33,570 nt of DNA from Euryarchaeota archaeon UBA220 (GTDB lineage: Archaea > Thermoplasmatota > Poseidoniia > Poseidoniales > Thalassarchaeaceae), in assembly GCA_002501885.1 (NCBI GenBank), contig DAON01000004.1, positions 1 through 33,570 on the forward strand, read 5' to 3'. Within the stretch, counting starts at the first letter, position 1. Each line of letters opens with the position of its first letter. Made by a program: the position numbers and the translations under genes. Of this stretch, positions 10,901 to 18,800 are shown piece by piece. Below the pieces are notes generated by a model that did not search any database, was not told the DNA's origin, and worked only from the letters and a program-made list of their open reading frames with translations.

Positions 10901-13900
10901 GGCGAAGACGACATTTATGCAGATTATGAGTTCGAAGTAAGCATTCGAATTAACGGTACAGCATTCTATGATGAAGACCTTGAGTTTGATGATGAAGGTC
11001 CAGACACTGGCAAGGTTCTGGATTATGTACAGATTGACTTCCATTGGGACGGATTCAGCACCATTGCTCAGACAGACGGAGGAGGGCACTTCTCAGTTGT
11101 AGTCCCCGAGGGAGCAGTTATCGATGCTACGGTACAGCTTCCCGGCGCAATGCTGAATCTAGTAAATGGGACCAGATTCACAGTCACATCCAACGGCCCG
11201 AGCATTGACGGTGAGACATTCGACAACCTCACTCTAATTGCTACGCCAGGATACATTGTAGATGGATTAGTCAATATCAATAGGGAAGACAACCCTATGC
11301 AATCATATTTCGGCGGATGGCAGCCAATTGTGGTCATAGCAGACAACGCAGATACTCAAGTCCGCTGGCGCACCAATGTGATGGAAAATGGACAATTCCA
11401 GATGGCTCTTCCAGGAGGGAACTGGACATTTGACCTAGATGCCGACTGGATTACTTCTACACCGGTTGGCCTAGAGGTAGATGGTAAGAACGATACTCTC
11501 GACATCATCACTAGTCCGGTTAACAGTTCAGTCACAATTAGTCTGTTCTTGGATCATAGTGCTGATAACAATGTATCCAACGGTACGGCAGTAACATTCC
11601 CATTCACTATACTAGACGCATACAATAGTTCCAGAATCGTATATGAGATACTGGAAAATGGAAGCGAATGGACTCAGGACGGATTGGCCGAACTTTCGCT
11701 TGAGCCTGGTGCATATCGTATCGATGTAGATACATCAAATCCAGCAATCGATCACTTTGGAACTAGAATCATGACGGGCTCGACTCGCTTCGATGTCGGA
11801 CTGTTGGGCGGCGCAGTAGAGAGGACACTCGGCTTTGATCCCGAATGGAGAATCAATATCACATTCACTAATGAAAGTGGAGGGGTCCTATCTGGCCACC
11901 TCGTCAAGATGACGAATACCGAGTCTGGATGGGTATTGTCCCACACGACAGATGATGATGGCAGATGGAATGCCCATATCCCCGAGGGAGATTGGATAGT
12001 TTCTATCGCACCCTTCGAGTCCTCTGAAGGAGTTACAGAGATTTTGCGCGAACTCATCTCAGCCTCTGCTGAAAATGCCGGCGACGATATTTCGATGTCT
12101 ACTATGGAGGCTGCAAGAATAGAGCTGATACTGTACGAGGACTACTCAGGCGAACATATTGAAGGCATATCAGCAACAATATCTTCTCTCGAGGGCCTAG
12201 GTTCTGTGTCAATGGACTCCACTGACTCTGCAGGAGTCGTATCAGCTGTAATCTCTCCCGGAGAATGGGAATTCATACTGAATGTAACAGAAGGCGGAGA
12301 GAGATGGATCTTAGATGGAGACGAAGATCTCACTTCTATCAGTGCTATTCCAGGAGATAATCCCGCTTTGAATCTGACAGCGATGAAATTCGTAGAGCTC
12401 GGAGGCAATGTATTCTGGGACTTCGATGATGACAATTCTTCAGATGTCGGCGAGGGAATTTTCAACGCCACTATTCTTATCGTTGGTGAAGAAAACAACC
12501 ATACCGCTTTTACAGGAAATGATGGCGATTGGGCACTATTCGTTCCCGCAGGAACTTCTTGGAATATCGAGGTAGAAGTAGATGGATTCTCAACTGAGAG
12601 TTTCGCAGTTGCAGTCTCTGGAGTAGCCAACACAGTAGACACTGAAATGTCGGCACTACCTGTGGCCGTTGAGGGTTCAATAGCCTACATCGACGCAGAG
12701 CAATTGTCGTTAATTTCCGAAGGAGTTGTTCTACAACTGATTCCTGTTGAAGGAATGGTTCGAGATACCATGACTCCCGACAAGGAAATCATTGACGGAG
12801 TTTGGACTGGAAACTGGTCCGCTGAGGTCGAACCCGGGAACTGGATTCTCAGGGCCACATACGAGGAAGGTAATCTAATTGCAATGGGCCTAGTTGAGGC
12901 CGAGGTAGTTACTGGATACTCACTCGAACTTGAGATGACTGAAGGCGGATGGTTCAGAATGGATACCGAATGGTTAGACTATGATGGCGTGACACGCACT
13001 CTTGCAGATACGAATCTTTCAAACTCACAATTTGTAGAGGGCCCAAGCTTAGTCATCAACACAGGCGCGGGAATGAGATGGGTTGAGGAAGTCAATGATC
13101 AAGGATTCATCGAGATGTTAATGATTCCAGGGACCATAGATGCTTCAAGCGAATTCGATGTAACTCAGCGTAACCTGACAATGTCGTACATTGGCGGACA
13201 AGGTGTGACTGTGAGGCCAGGCCAAGAGGCGCCTCCTGTCACACTCTCTCATGTACGCATAGCGAATCATGAAGTCTCCATCTCGACGATTAACAACTCT
13301 GGCGGAGATCCAGATTTCGATGGAGGACTAGGAAACGCAATGGCAATCACCAACTCTGAGGGCGGATTCGAACCAGTTGATTTCCAGCTATCTCTTGACT
13401 ATCTTGGTCACGAACCATTCGATACATTCACTATATTCGGAGATGTAGTAGGAACAGATGGCAGCCATTGGCTAGTCGAGTTCCACAATGGTTCAGGAGA
13501 CTGGAACAGCACAGCACAATTTGACATGGGTCTAGATAATGCAATGAGTTTCTCCGACTTATATGTCAGAGTAACTCCTGCAAATCAATCCACAGCTCAT
13601 GCATTCCAGAACGGACACACCATTTCGATGACCGTAGCTTCGAAAGAAGACGGTTACTTGGAAGACCACTCAGTGAATGTCAAGATTCCTCAAATCCACG
13701 GCTTTGAGCTAACGGAGCCTATGGCTGAATCATATGGAATTCAACCAGGCCGGTCGATTAGTGTTGGAATCGAGTTCACAAATACAGGAAACGGCGACGA
13801 GCTCTATGAGTTTGAGTTTGATGACTCTGAACTGCCAGAGGGTTGGGTTAGAGCAGGCGCTACTACACACACGATTGGAGCATACATCTCGTCTACTCAC

Positions 13901-14488
13901 ACAGTGACCATTTCTGCTCCCGCCAACGCGTCCGATGAGGATTTCACAATCTACATGTCAATTACTGACAAGGCCAACAACACCTATGATGATGTACCGA
14001 TTCATATTCAGACCTCTATGCCTTCTCTACGAATCAAATCTTATCAGAATGTCGCTGGAGGCGAGGATTTGACTGCCGGACAGTCGCACCTCTACACAGT
14101 AGTAGTCGAGAATACGGGCCTGATTGATGCCCAACTCGTACAGTTGAATGGTACACTTTGTGATACATACAGTGGATGTCCAGATACCTCAAGTACTGGA
14201 GTTATGGGAATGGACATCCAAGATGTACCAGCTAACTCAGAAGTACAATTTGAGATTTTAATTGACTTGTCCGATATTAGTCCGGGGACATTCTATCTAT
14301 ACTTCGATATCAATAATACTGGATTCGACTCAGTCGAGGACTACTCGGTTCAGCAGATCAAGGTACGGTCTCCACCTGCCGAGGAGACTACTGATTGGAT
14401 TGGTTGGCTTCTAGGTGCAATGCTGATTATTGCCCTTTTGACGCTAACTAGAAGAGGCGGAAGTAGAAGAGGCTCAGCCCCATTCTAA
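4991..14488 (+). CDS. aglB: Giant oligosaccharyltransferase AglB/STT3 with an extra N-terminal multi-TM domain, tandem carboxypeptidase-regulatory-like beta-sandwich repeats, CARDB-like domains and a C-terminal TM anchor
   Basis: STT3 motifs GSDPWY (~6170), DHD (6524-6532), TIGE (TIXE, 7148) and WWDYG (7826-7840), followed by ADNFQ. About 3,165 aa. GGTGA at 4983-4987 supports a start at ATG 4991 or 4994. Confidence 0.93.
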   Translation: MMNENDTATESELSQAGIASVPTVLVALLALFFGADYVANGAMENDGYTQVLILPAVAAFAAALGRIGAFAPFGNMAKYRNAIVVLGFILAAAIITMAHNLFESVGRVGALTFALVGISTYVQISTDRREEASTLLAIVIGFHLAVSHAANSVFDLSDWTGSAPDLIDTGRAGIASVFFAFWATSIVAGMITAALMRGKLDSPGSGSFGSSLSASNRVLMSTLFAILLVQAIPLIWLGQLSGIQEYHNHVYLGSVWALFSTVVILFIAFCHCERWNVLGAIFGVNWLLYTLGHLQEIGNEFPSFLAGDDAMSTFSWFFLGFWLNVAAVMIASRGYFGDISPRHEPSQARLWWQSNSYSIMVALAILVAFAVRTGWNVLPAMNASATGLWDMTGGSDPWYMKRVVDYIVAERSHYIFDHDRAYPMGAINPRPPLFSWSLALGGIGLSWLLEIPADEATWWSVAAMPAVFGALIVLPLAAIAKNVHSKGAGILTAWLIALMPGHISHATFGLADHDSFALLFLSMAFYYWVRALDELGTERMFQNPSSSPLYLVAGIRETWHRNPRAMAFATLSGISFATVALGWKGFVYGPGILFLAYSGQIILNMFRKRDSLPLTSITLQMLLTSFLIPLPFYMWPGLNLVFDPSGFQPMFYIIGFTLALGWVSSSYRDKPWLLVLGTGGVLIGGILAILFILQQLEIYNGWDILFTGGFYFSKNKIFGTIGEAQAPSRGVLFASYGPVVALIAVGCAFVLMWRGARRERQSHLLLGLWVIIATYMAWSAGRFIFNATPAMAVVGGIGLMMLWDGANFSSFVKEWRRSGIGTPRTRFRSVWTAGRRNPAIPAILVILMMVASQHATYGIDSGIPRGEAAATDVDQTIHDIAPDFLRAEVLGLSVLKSEGYNPESEMWYMGTFGPGFNSGSWNLAYDWLSEQDTDMSFSERPAFVSWWDYGFQALAQGQHPTVADNFQSGIPNSGGMLLSNSQEDTLALFITTLAQGDRRYNGGGGFTDSFYEVLDLYMDDDQLAEYDNILSIGVNDENFVKDRAMAVVATDDHTELLHGYSLDSNGLPESEKMWKVLIGGTQMGNSTEDESEATDLFNATRLNNAQFEMQTTHYLIGGYMYTSDLIEDFNDVSTSLHRTNARLALSRAFLSTAFDMDQLAGIYHGITGLDYEVQDYDGPLGDTVVRNNDIRYFAIDNRLYPLGGTYYGDYQYHRGQTTGIFHAPTGLSGLDMEDYITAVYDTQRGDGPLIPRSAEEFEEEYLNDVIRQSSGASESNEVIRMVDIDYQHQPAFFETMVARFYVGYSTSMLGLPGDADQPAPHFYMSGTPGSYLENAYPLPGAMMNHFVLANWYDDERCELLDNGSKVDDDCSNPTIGSANTQVKVMKYYSGATLEGTVELEGFGAIPNARVMIERDAFSGEEVADADGNVVDGDDRTYWIPIGYTDADENGHFSYTVPAGKIRVSAFIGEPDLDTARSAMMTGDVGQSLSDIFQETSANRNVNPITGILANVSGATWLSETIVNVSGEAGHSNGEQTVYGNVSVQPSHATGKLVWSGSTLFDQDPLTDVIVEISPSAEHVQIPPSSSTTSVGIVEGYDLTFGGIGEVTFTGAGSLIAQGVVTVTDFTGNHSQTISHNHSLTGDGMFSGRGTLSGDITDDIEIPVCDTNSTMPENHSVCSMESGDLLIDGDVNATGRFTSNGTTTFTRSLSQATLVGSGIFEVDTSEELDTYGTFNGTFATVEGEGIFSGPMVQPGTFHFVDMIPGAYDITIIFSDGTAVDLEEQFIIPLIGSPDVTTIDIAGGSISGYLVNTTGSPINSTIALFGEDSTHSDAILECSEIGLAPCILVPNEDGFFQYGPIVPGNYTAQTDVDGDGFAEISEEYIFDPEIDVEYEFPSPVPETSDLTFTLTENGNSVPDLDVTLRLKNGTGDAAYVEYDNESGQYRAELSRGTWVLNYTLSEQLQLWEQIEIGEDDIYADYEFEVSIRINGTAFYDEDLEFDDEGPDTGKVLDYVQIDFHWDGFSTIAQTDGGGHFSVVVPEGAVIDATVQLPGAMLNLVNGTRFTVTSNGPSIDGETFDNLTLIATPGYIVDGLVNINREDNPMQSYFGGWQPIVVIADNADTQVRWRTNVMENGQFQMALPGGNWTFDLDADWITSTPVGLEVDGKNDTLDIITSPVNSSVTISLFLDHSADNNVSNGTAVTFPFTILDAYNSSRIVYEILENGSEWTQDGLAELSLEPGAYRIDVDTSNPAIDHFGTRIMTGSTRFDVGLLGGAVERTLGFDPEWRINITFTNESGGVLSGHLVKMTNTESGWVLSHTTDDDGRWNAHIPEGDWIVSIAPFESSEGVTEILRELISASAENAGDDISMSTMEAARIELILYEDYSGEHIEGISATISSLEGLGSVSMDSTDSAGVVSAVISPGEWEFILNVTEGGERWILDGDEDLTSISAIPGDNPALNLTAMKFVELGGNVFWDFDDDNSSDVGEGIFNATILIVGEENNHTAFTGNDGDWALFVPAGTSWNIEVEVDGFSTESFAVAVSGVANTVDTEMSALPVAVEGSIAYIDAEQLSLISEGVVLQLIPVEGMVRDTMTPDKEIIDGVWTGNWSAEVEPGNWILRATYEEGNLIAMGLVEAEVVTGYSLELEMTEGGWFRMDTEWLDYDGVTRTLADTNLSNSQFVEGPSLVINTGAGMRWVEEVNDQGFIEMLMIPGTIDASSEFDVTQRNLTMSYIGGQGVTVRPGQEAPPVTLSHVRIANHEVSISTINNSGGDPDFDGGLGNAMAITNSEGGFEPVDFQLSLDYLGHEPFDTFTIFGDVVGTDGSHWLVEFHNGSGDWNSTAQFDMGLDNAMSFSDLYVRVTPANQSTAHAFQNGHTISMTVASKEDGYLEDHSVNVKIPQIHGFELTEPMAESYGIQPGRSISVGIEFTNTGNGDELYEFEFDDSELPEGWVRAGATTHTIGAYISSTHTVTISAPANASDEDFTIYMSITDKANNTYDDVPIHIQTSMPSLRIKSYQNVAGGEDLTAGQSHLYTVVVENTGLIDAQLVQLNGTLCDTYSGCPDTSSTGVMGMDIQDVPANSEVQFEILIDLSDISPGTFYLYFDINNTGFDSVEDYSVQQIKVRSPPAEETTDWIGWLLGAMLIIALLTLTRRGGSRRGSAPF

Positions 14489-14543
14489 ACTGCATTCTAT
14501 ATACTAACGGCCACACTCTAGGAAGGGTGATAGTATTCCTGCT

Positions 14544-15770
14544 ATGGATAATCTAGAGCTTCTACCTGAGCCTGATGACCCTCGGATGATGACAGCAGTA
14601 GATAGGGACGCCCCAGGGTATCCCGGTGAAGCCTACGGATTGTCGGATGAGGAGGCCAAGCAACTTCGATGGCCAGCAGCTCCACTAAAGGAGATACTTT
14701 GGCCGTGGGGGGCGGTTACATTCGCGTTTGGTGCTGTCTTCATGCTATTGATTTGGCCTCACATTGATGCGTATCTCTCTCCTGTTCTCCCTGAGACCGA
14801 ATGGGCCTACGAGTCTACTGGGATTAGGGAGTTACAAGATTCCGGATTAGACGGCTCAGGCGTACATGTCTGTATGGTTGATACGGGAATCGATATTGAA
14901 CACCCGGACTTTGCCAATCTATCGTTAGTCGGATTCAGAGACTTCTACGATAATCAACACGAAAACATCAGAGATGTGGGCGATGATTGGCATGGTACGA
15001 TGATGGCGGGCTTGCTTGTTGCTGATGGAAAGTTCAGAGGCGCAGCCCCGGGTGTCGATCTGTCAATTGCTTTGGCACTAGGTCCGTCAGGCACTACTGG
15101 ACAGGAGAGTTTTGTCGCTCAAGCTGTACGCTGGTGCAGAATAACTCAGGAAGCTGACATCATCAGTTTGAGTTTGGGCAGTGATCCGGGTAGCGGTATG
15201 GCCGTTCAGTCTGAGACAGCTCAGGCTGTCCAGGAAGCTCTTGATTCAGGAATTTTCGTAGTAGCAGCGGCTGGAAACAGAGACTCTGGAGAGAATATCT
15301 CAGATGTATCAGTCCCTGCCAACATAGAGGGCGTAATCGCTGTAGGTACAATGACCCGTAGCGCAGGCACTTGGTCTCAATCCGCTACCGGTTCAATTGT
15401 TGATCCATATACTCAGGAAAACCGTACCTACCCCAATCAGAAGCCAGAGGTAATCGCACCGGGTGTCCTGCTACTATCTACCTCGGGCAGTACAATTGAG
15501 CCACCTTACTCTTATTCTACAGGAACCAGTGACTCAACTGTACTGGTTACTGGGGCTCTGGCACTGATTCTACAGTTGTATGGCGATGAATTACGCGGAG
15601 AAGACGGACAAATCGGCCCAGATGAGATGGATTTAGTGAAGAGAACACTGGCTAGTTCTTGCGACAAATCGCTCATCGAAGGGGCGCCTCACGATAAGAA
15701 AGGAGGATACGGTTCTCTGGATGCAGTTCAGTGGGCCGCAGACATCGCTTTTGAGCTAAATGTAGACTAA
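14544..15770 (+). CDS. Subtilisin-like serine protease (S8), N-terminally membrane anchored
   Basis: Catalytic motifs VDTG (Asp 14880), HGTMMAG (His 14991), oxyanion AAAGN, KPEVIAPG and GTSDS (Ser 15528). One TM segment at ~aa 52-72. Confidence 0.92.
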   Translation: MDNLELLPEPDDPRMMTAVDRDAPGYPGEAYGLSDEEAKQLRWPAAPLKEILWPWGAVTFAFGAVFMLLIWPHIDAYLSPVLPETEWAYESTGIRELQDSGLDGSGVHVCMVDTGIDIEHPDFANLSLVGFRDFYDNQHENIRDVGDDWHGTMMAGLLVADGKFRGAAPGVDLSIALALGPSGTTGQESFVAQAVRWCRITQEADIISLSLGSDPGSGMAVQSETAQAVQEALDSGIFVVAAAGNRDSGENISDVSVPANIEGVIAVGTMTRSAGTWSQSATGSIVDPYTQENRTYPNQKPEVIAPGVLLLSTSGSTIEPPYSYSTGTSDSTVLVTGALALILQLYGDELRGEDGQIGPDEMDLVKRTLASSCDKSLIEGAPHDKKGGYGSLDAVQWAADIAFELNVD

Positions 15771-15784
15771 AACAGTATCATCAT

Positions 15785-15836
15785 GAATGACAAGTATCAT
15801 TCGAGCCGTAGGCTCGATTCGACCCTATGATTAAAT
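15785..15836 (+). promoter_or_regulatory. Two adjacent inverted repeats (GAATGA-N6-TCATTC and TCGAGCC-GTA-GGCTCGA) followed by a TATA-like ATTAAAT ~25 nt before the ATG
   Basis: Read directly at 15785-15802, 15801-15817 and 15830-15836. Function is inferred. Confidence 0.45.
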
Positions 15837-15858
15837 CCGTCCGCGACTCCCCAAGCGC

Positions 15859-18800
15859 ATGGCTGATACGAATCGTACACGCAGTCACATGCTAGTTATT
15901 CTGATGCTCAGCAGCCTATTCGTTGCACTAGTTGGCCCCGCTGCTCCAGTATCTGCGAACAATGAGACCACTTCTGGTATTGTTTCTGGTACAGAAACAT
16001 GGTCCGGCGTCCACACTCTATCTGGAGATGTGGTCATATCCTCTGGAGCCAAGTTAATCATTGAACCCGGGACTACAGTAATCTTCCCTAACGGGACTCA
16101 CTTAGATGTCCGAGGCAACCTATGTGCAGGTGTTTCTGCGTGCGGTGCTAGCGGCAATTCAAACACCGCTCAGAGAATTACATTCCAGTGGACTGCCCCT
16201 TCAAACGGCAGTGCAATAGGAGAATGCTACGGGATGAGTTATGGAAACCAGCAAATATGGATAGAAGACCCATCTTGTTACGAAGGCGTTCTAATCCGAA
16301 ACTCAATCGATCTTTCCCAGACAGGTCTGAGATACATCACTATCGATGGAGCTTGGGGAATTCCCTACTATATCCCCACTGTCTACCAATGGAGGTATGG
16401 CGCCTTAGTAATTGACGGCGCCAGCCCTGTTCTCACAGAGATGGAGTTCAGCGACATAAACACCACTAGCGTTCTGACTACAAATCTCGCACAACCACGC
16501 TTTGTTGGTGGCGAGTATGTAGTCGGTAGCGATGACTCAAGTGGAGTTCGCGGCTCTGCAGTTCAGATTTATGGTTCTGGGACTCCGATTACTCCTCTGA
16601 CATTGGAATCTCCAGAACTTATTGGTACCAATGTCGGCTGTAGTCGTCAGGCGCCTAGCAGACCAGCAGTTTGGGCACAGGATGCACATATCGAGATTAC
16701 TGATGCTACTGTTGCAGTTGGCGACTACGGAATCAGCATGCAGAATTCTGCCGGGACGATTTCGAATTCCGAATTCAATGTAAACTGCAATGGAATCGAT
16801 ATCAACAGTAGGAAAGCAGTTGGTAACACCGACTATGAGATCAACCTTATCGGCAACGAGATTACAACAGCTGATGGCGCGCCAATTACAGTCTTCCAAG
16901 GAGGCCTTGCAAACATCATTGCAAATGAGTTGGAAGGGGCCGAACAGTCTTCTGGAATTGCAATTGAATCAAGCGAGGTTAAGATACTCAACAACGATAT
17001 CGGGCCTGTGGGTGGCTGGAATGGACTATGGATGCTAGGTTCGTTCGATGTCATAGCTGAGAACAATACCATTCATGACATAGCTAGAGAGCCAATCCGT
17101 GCTGGAGAATATGGCAGCAGTGCCCCTTCTCCATCCGCATCAAGAGTATATCTGGCAAATAATACAATCACTACAGATGGATCTGGCGAGTGCAGCCAGA
17201 CAAAGTATGATGACTGGGATGGAGATTTCACATGCCCCGTTGTCCATGCTTATCGCTCAGGCGTCTCCATGTATGACAATACCATCAATGCGGCTGGATC
17301 AGCGGATGGAATACGCGCTGTAGGGGCCTTGCTAAATATCCAGAGGAATACATTCAATGTTCCCGGTACTGGTGCTATAATGAAGCACTATAATGACGGG
17401 TATGCCGGTTCACAACAGTTCGGAACTCTTGCATTCTTTTCCCACAATACATGGGCCGGAGTTGGCATGACTTACAATGTAACTAAGAGTTCCGTGACAG
17501 TACAATCGGAATATATCCCCTCGCCTCCTCCTGGAGAGTATCCAGTACAACTAGTTTGGTCGGACCAAGAGGCATGGCCTGCAAACCAGTTCCAAACCTC
17601 AGTGGTTCCAACCTTTGTCAAGGAATGTCCAAACTGCGCTGACTTCACACCTATCGGTTTCCCATTGTCAGTAGGAGATGGCATGGGGGTTTCCTCGGCC
17701 ATGGATAACAACTCCACCACCTTCACTTTTGCAAATCTCTCAAACCTCGACCGTACTAAGATCCACATCGAGACCCAACCAACTCCCTACGCCGTACAGG
17801 TTCGAAGGGCAGAGATGGTCCGATTCCAGACACTCGTTAATGGAGAAAGGGTCGAGAATACCAATGTGCTGATCGAGGACGCTCTGGGTAACGATCTCTA
17901 CTCTCTATATACTCAGGATGATGGCTACACTCCTTGGTTTGCGTTACCTTCTGACTTCCACCTTGACATCAGAGGACTAGGAGGTGGAGACAACCCCGAC
18001 GGTTTCGCTGACGACCAATATGAAGATTCATGTAACGATGGAATCGACAATGACGGCGATTTAACAGTCGACATGAGTGACGAGGACTGCGACTATCTCG
18101 CTGGAACAAGAGAACTATCTCGTTACTACTACACAGCCTACAGGTTTGGCTTTGGATATGCTAGGGACGACTTCACCCTGACCGATACTACATTACAAGA
18201 TACAATCAATCTAGTCAATAGTGCTCCTACTGTTTATGTCACTCAGTCCGATGGTCATTCATTCAGAAAGACCGTCAATCTAACTGGAAGTGCCCATGAT
18301 GGAAATCTGGCTGGAGTCTATGGCTCAGACGAACTCGCTCAGTGGGACCAGGGAGGATATGTCCACGAGGTACAAGTGAAAGATCCATTCACCAGCGAGT
18401 GGTCTAGCGCCGGATTAGCTGTTGATACAAGCGGCATGTCCGAAGGACAAGTCACTAAGACAAACCGTCCATTCAGTTCTTGGTACTATGAGATTGACAT
18501 GAGTAACAGAGAAGAGGGCGATTATGTCTTTGAGATTAGGGCATTCGATGGAATAGACTACAGTCCAATCATATACAAGTCGGTCAAACTAAATGTTCAG
18601 GCTCCAACAATTTCAGTTACCTCTCCTAGCTCATTCTCTACACATTCTGAGGGAAGTGTAACCTTCGAAGGTACTGCCTTCGACAACTATGGCTGCCCGG
18701 TTGATTGCAGTAAGGATTTGGGAGACATCTACTTCCATATTGAAGGGCCCAACTTCGATGTAACAACACCTGCAGAAGGAGGGGCAGATTGGTCGTGGAC

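Noticed and set aside
4991-14488. Intein(s) explaining the size of AglB
   Set aside because: I recognised no intein splice-junction blocks or LAGLIDADG motifs. TM segments and extracellular repeats account for the extra length.
14380-14488. Archaeosortase (PGF/PEF-CTERM) signal on AglB or the other anchored proteins
   Set aside because: A TM helix and basic residues are present, but no PGF/PEF-like motif precedes the helix.
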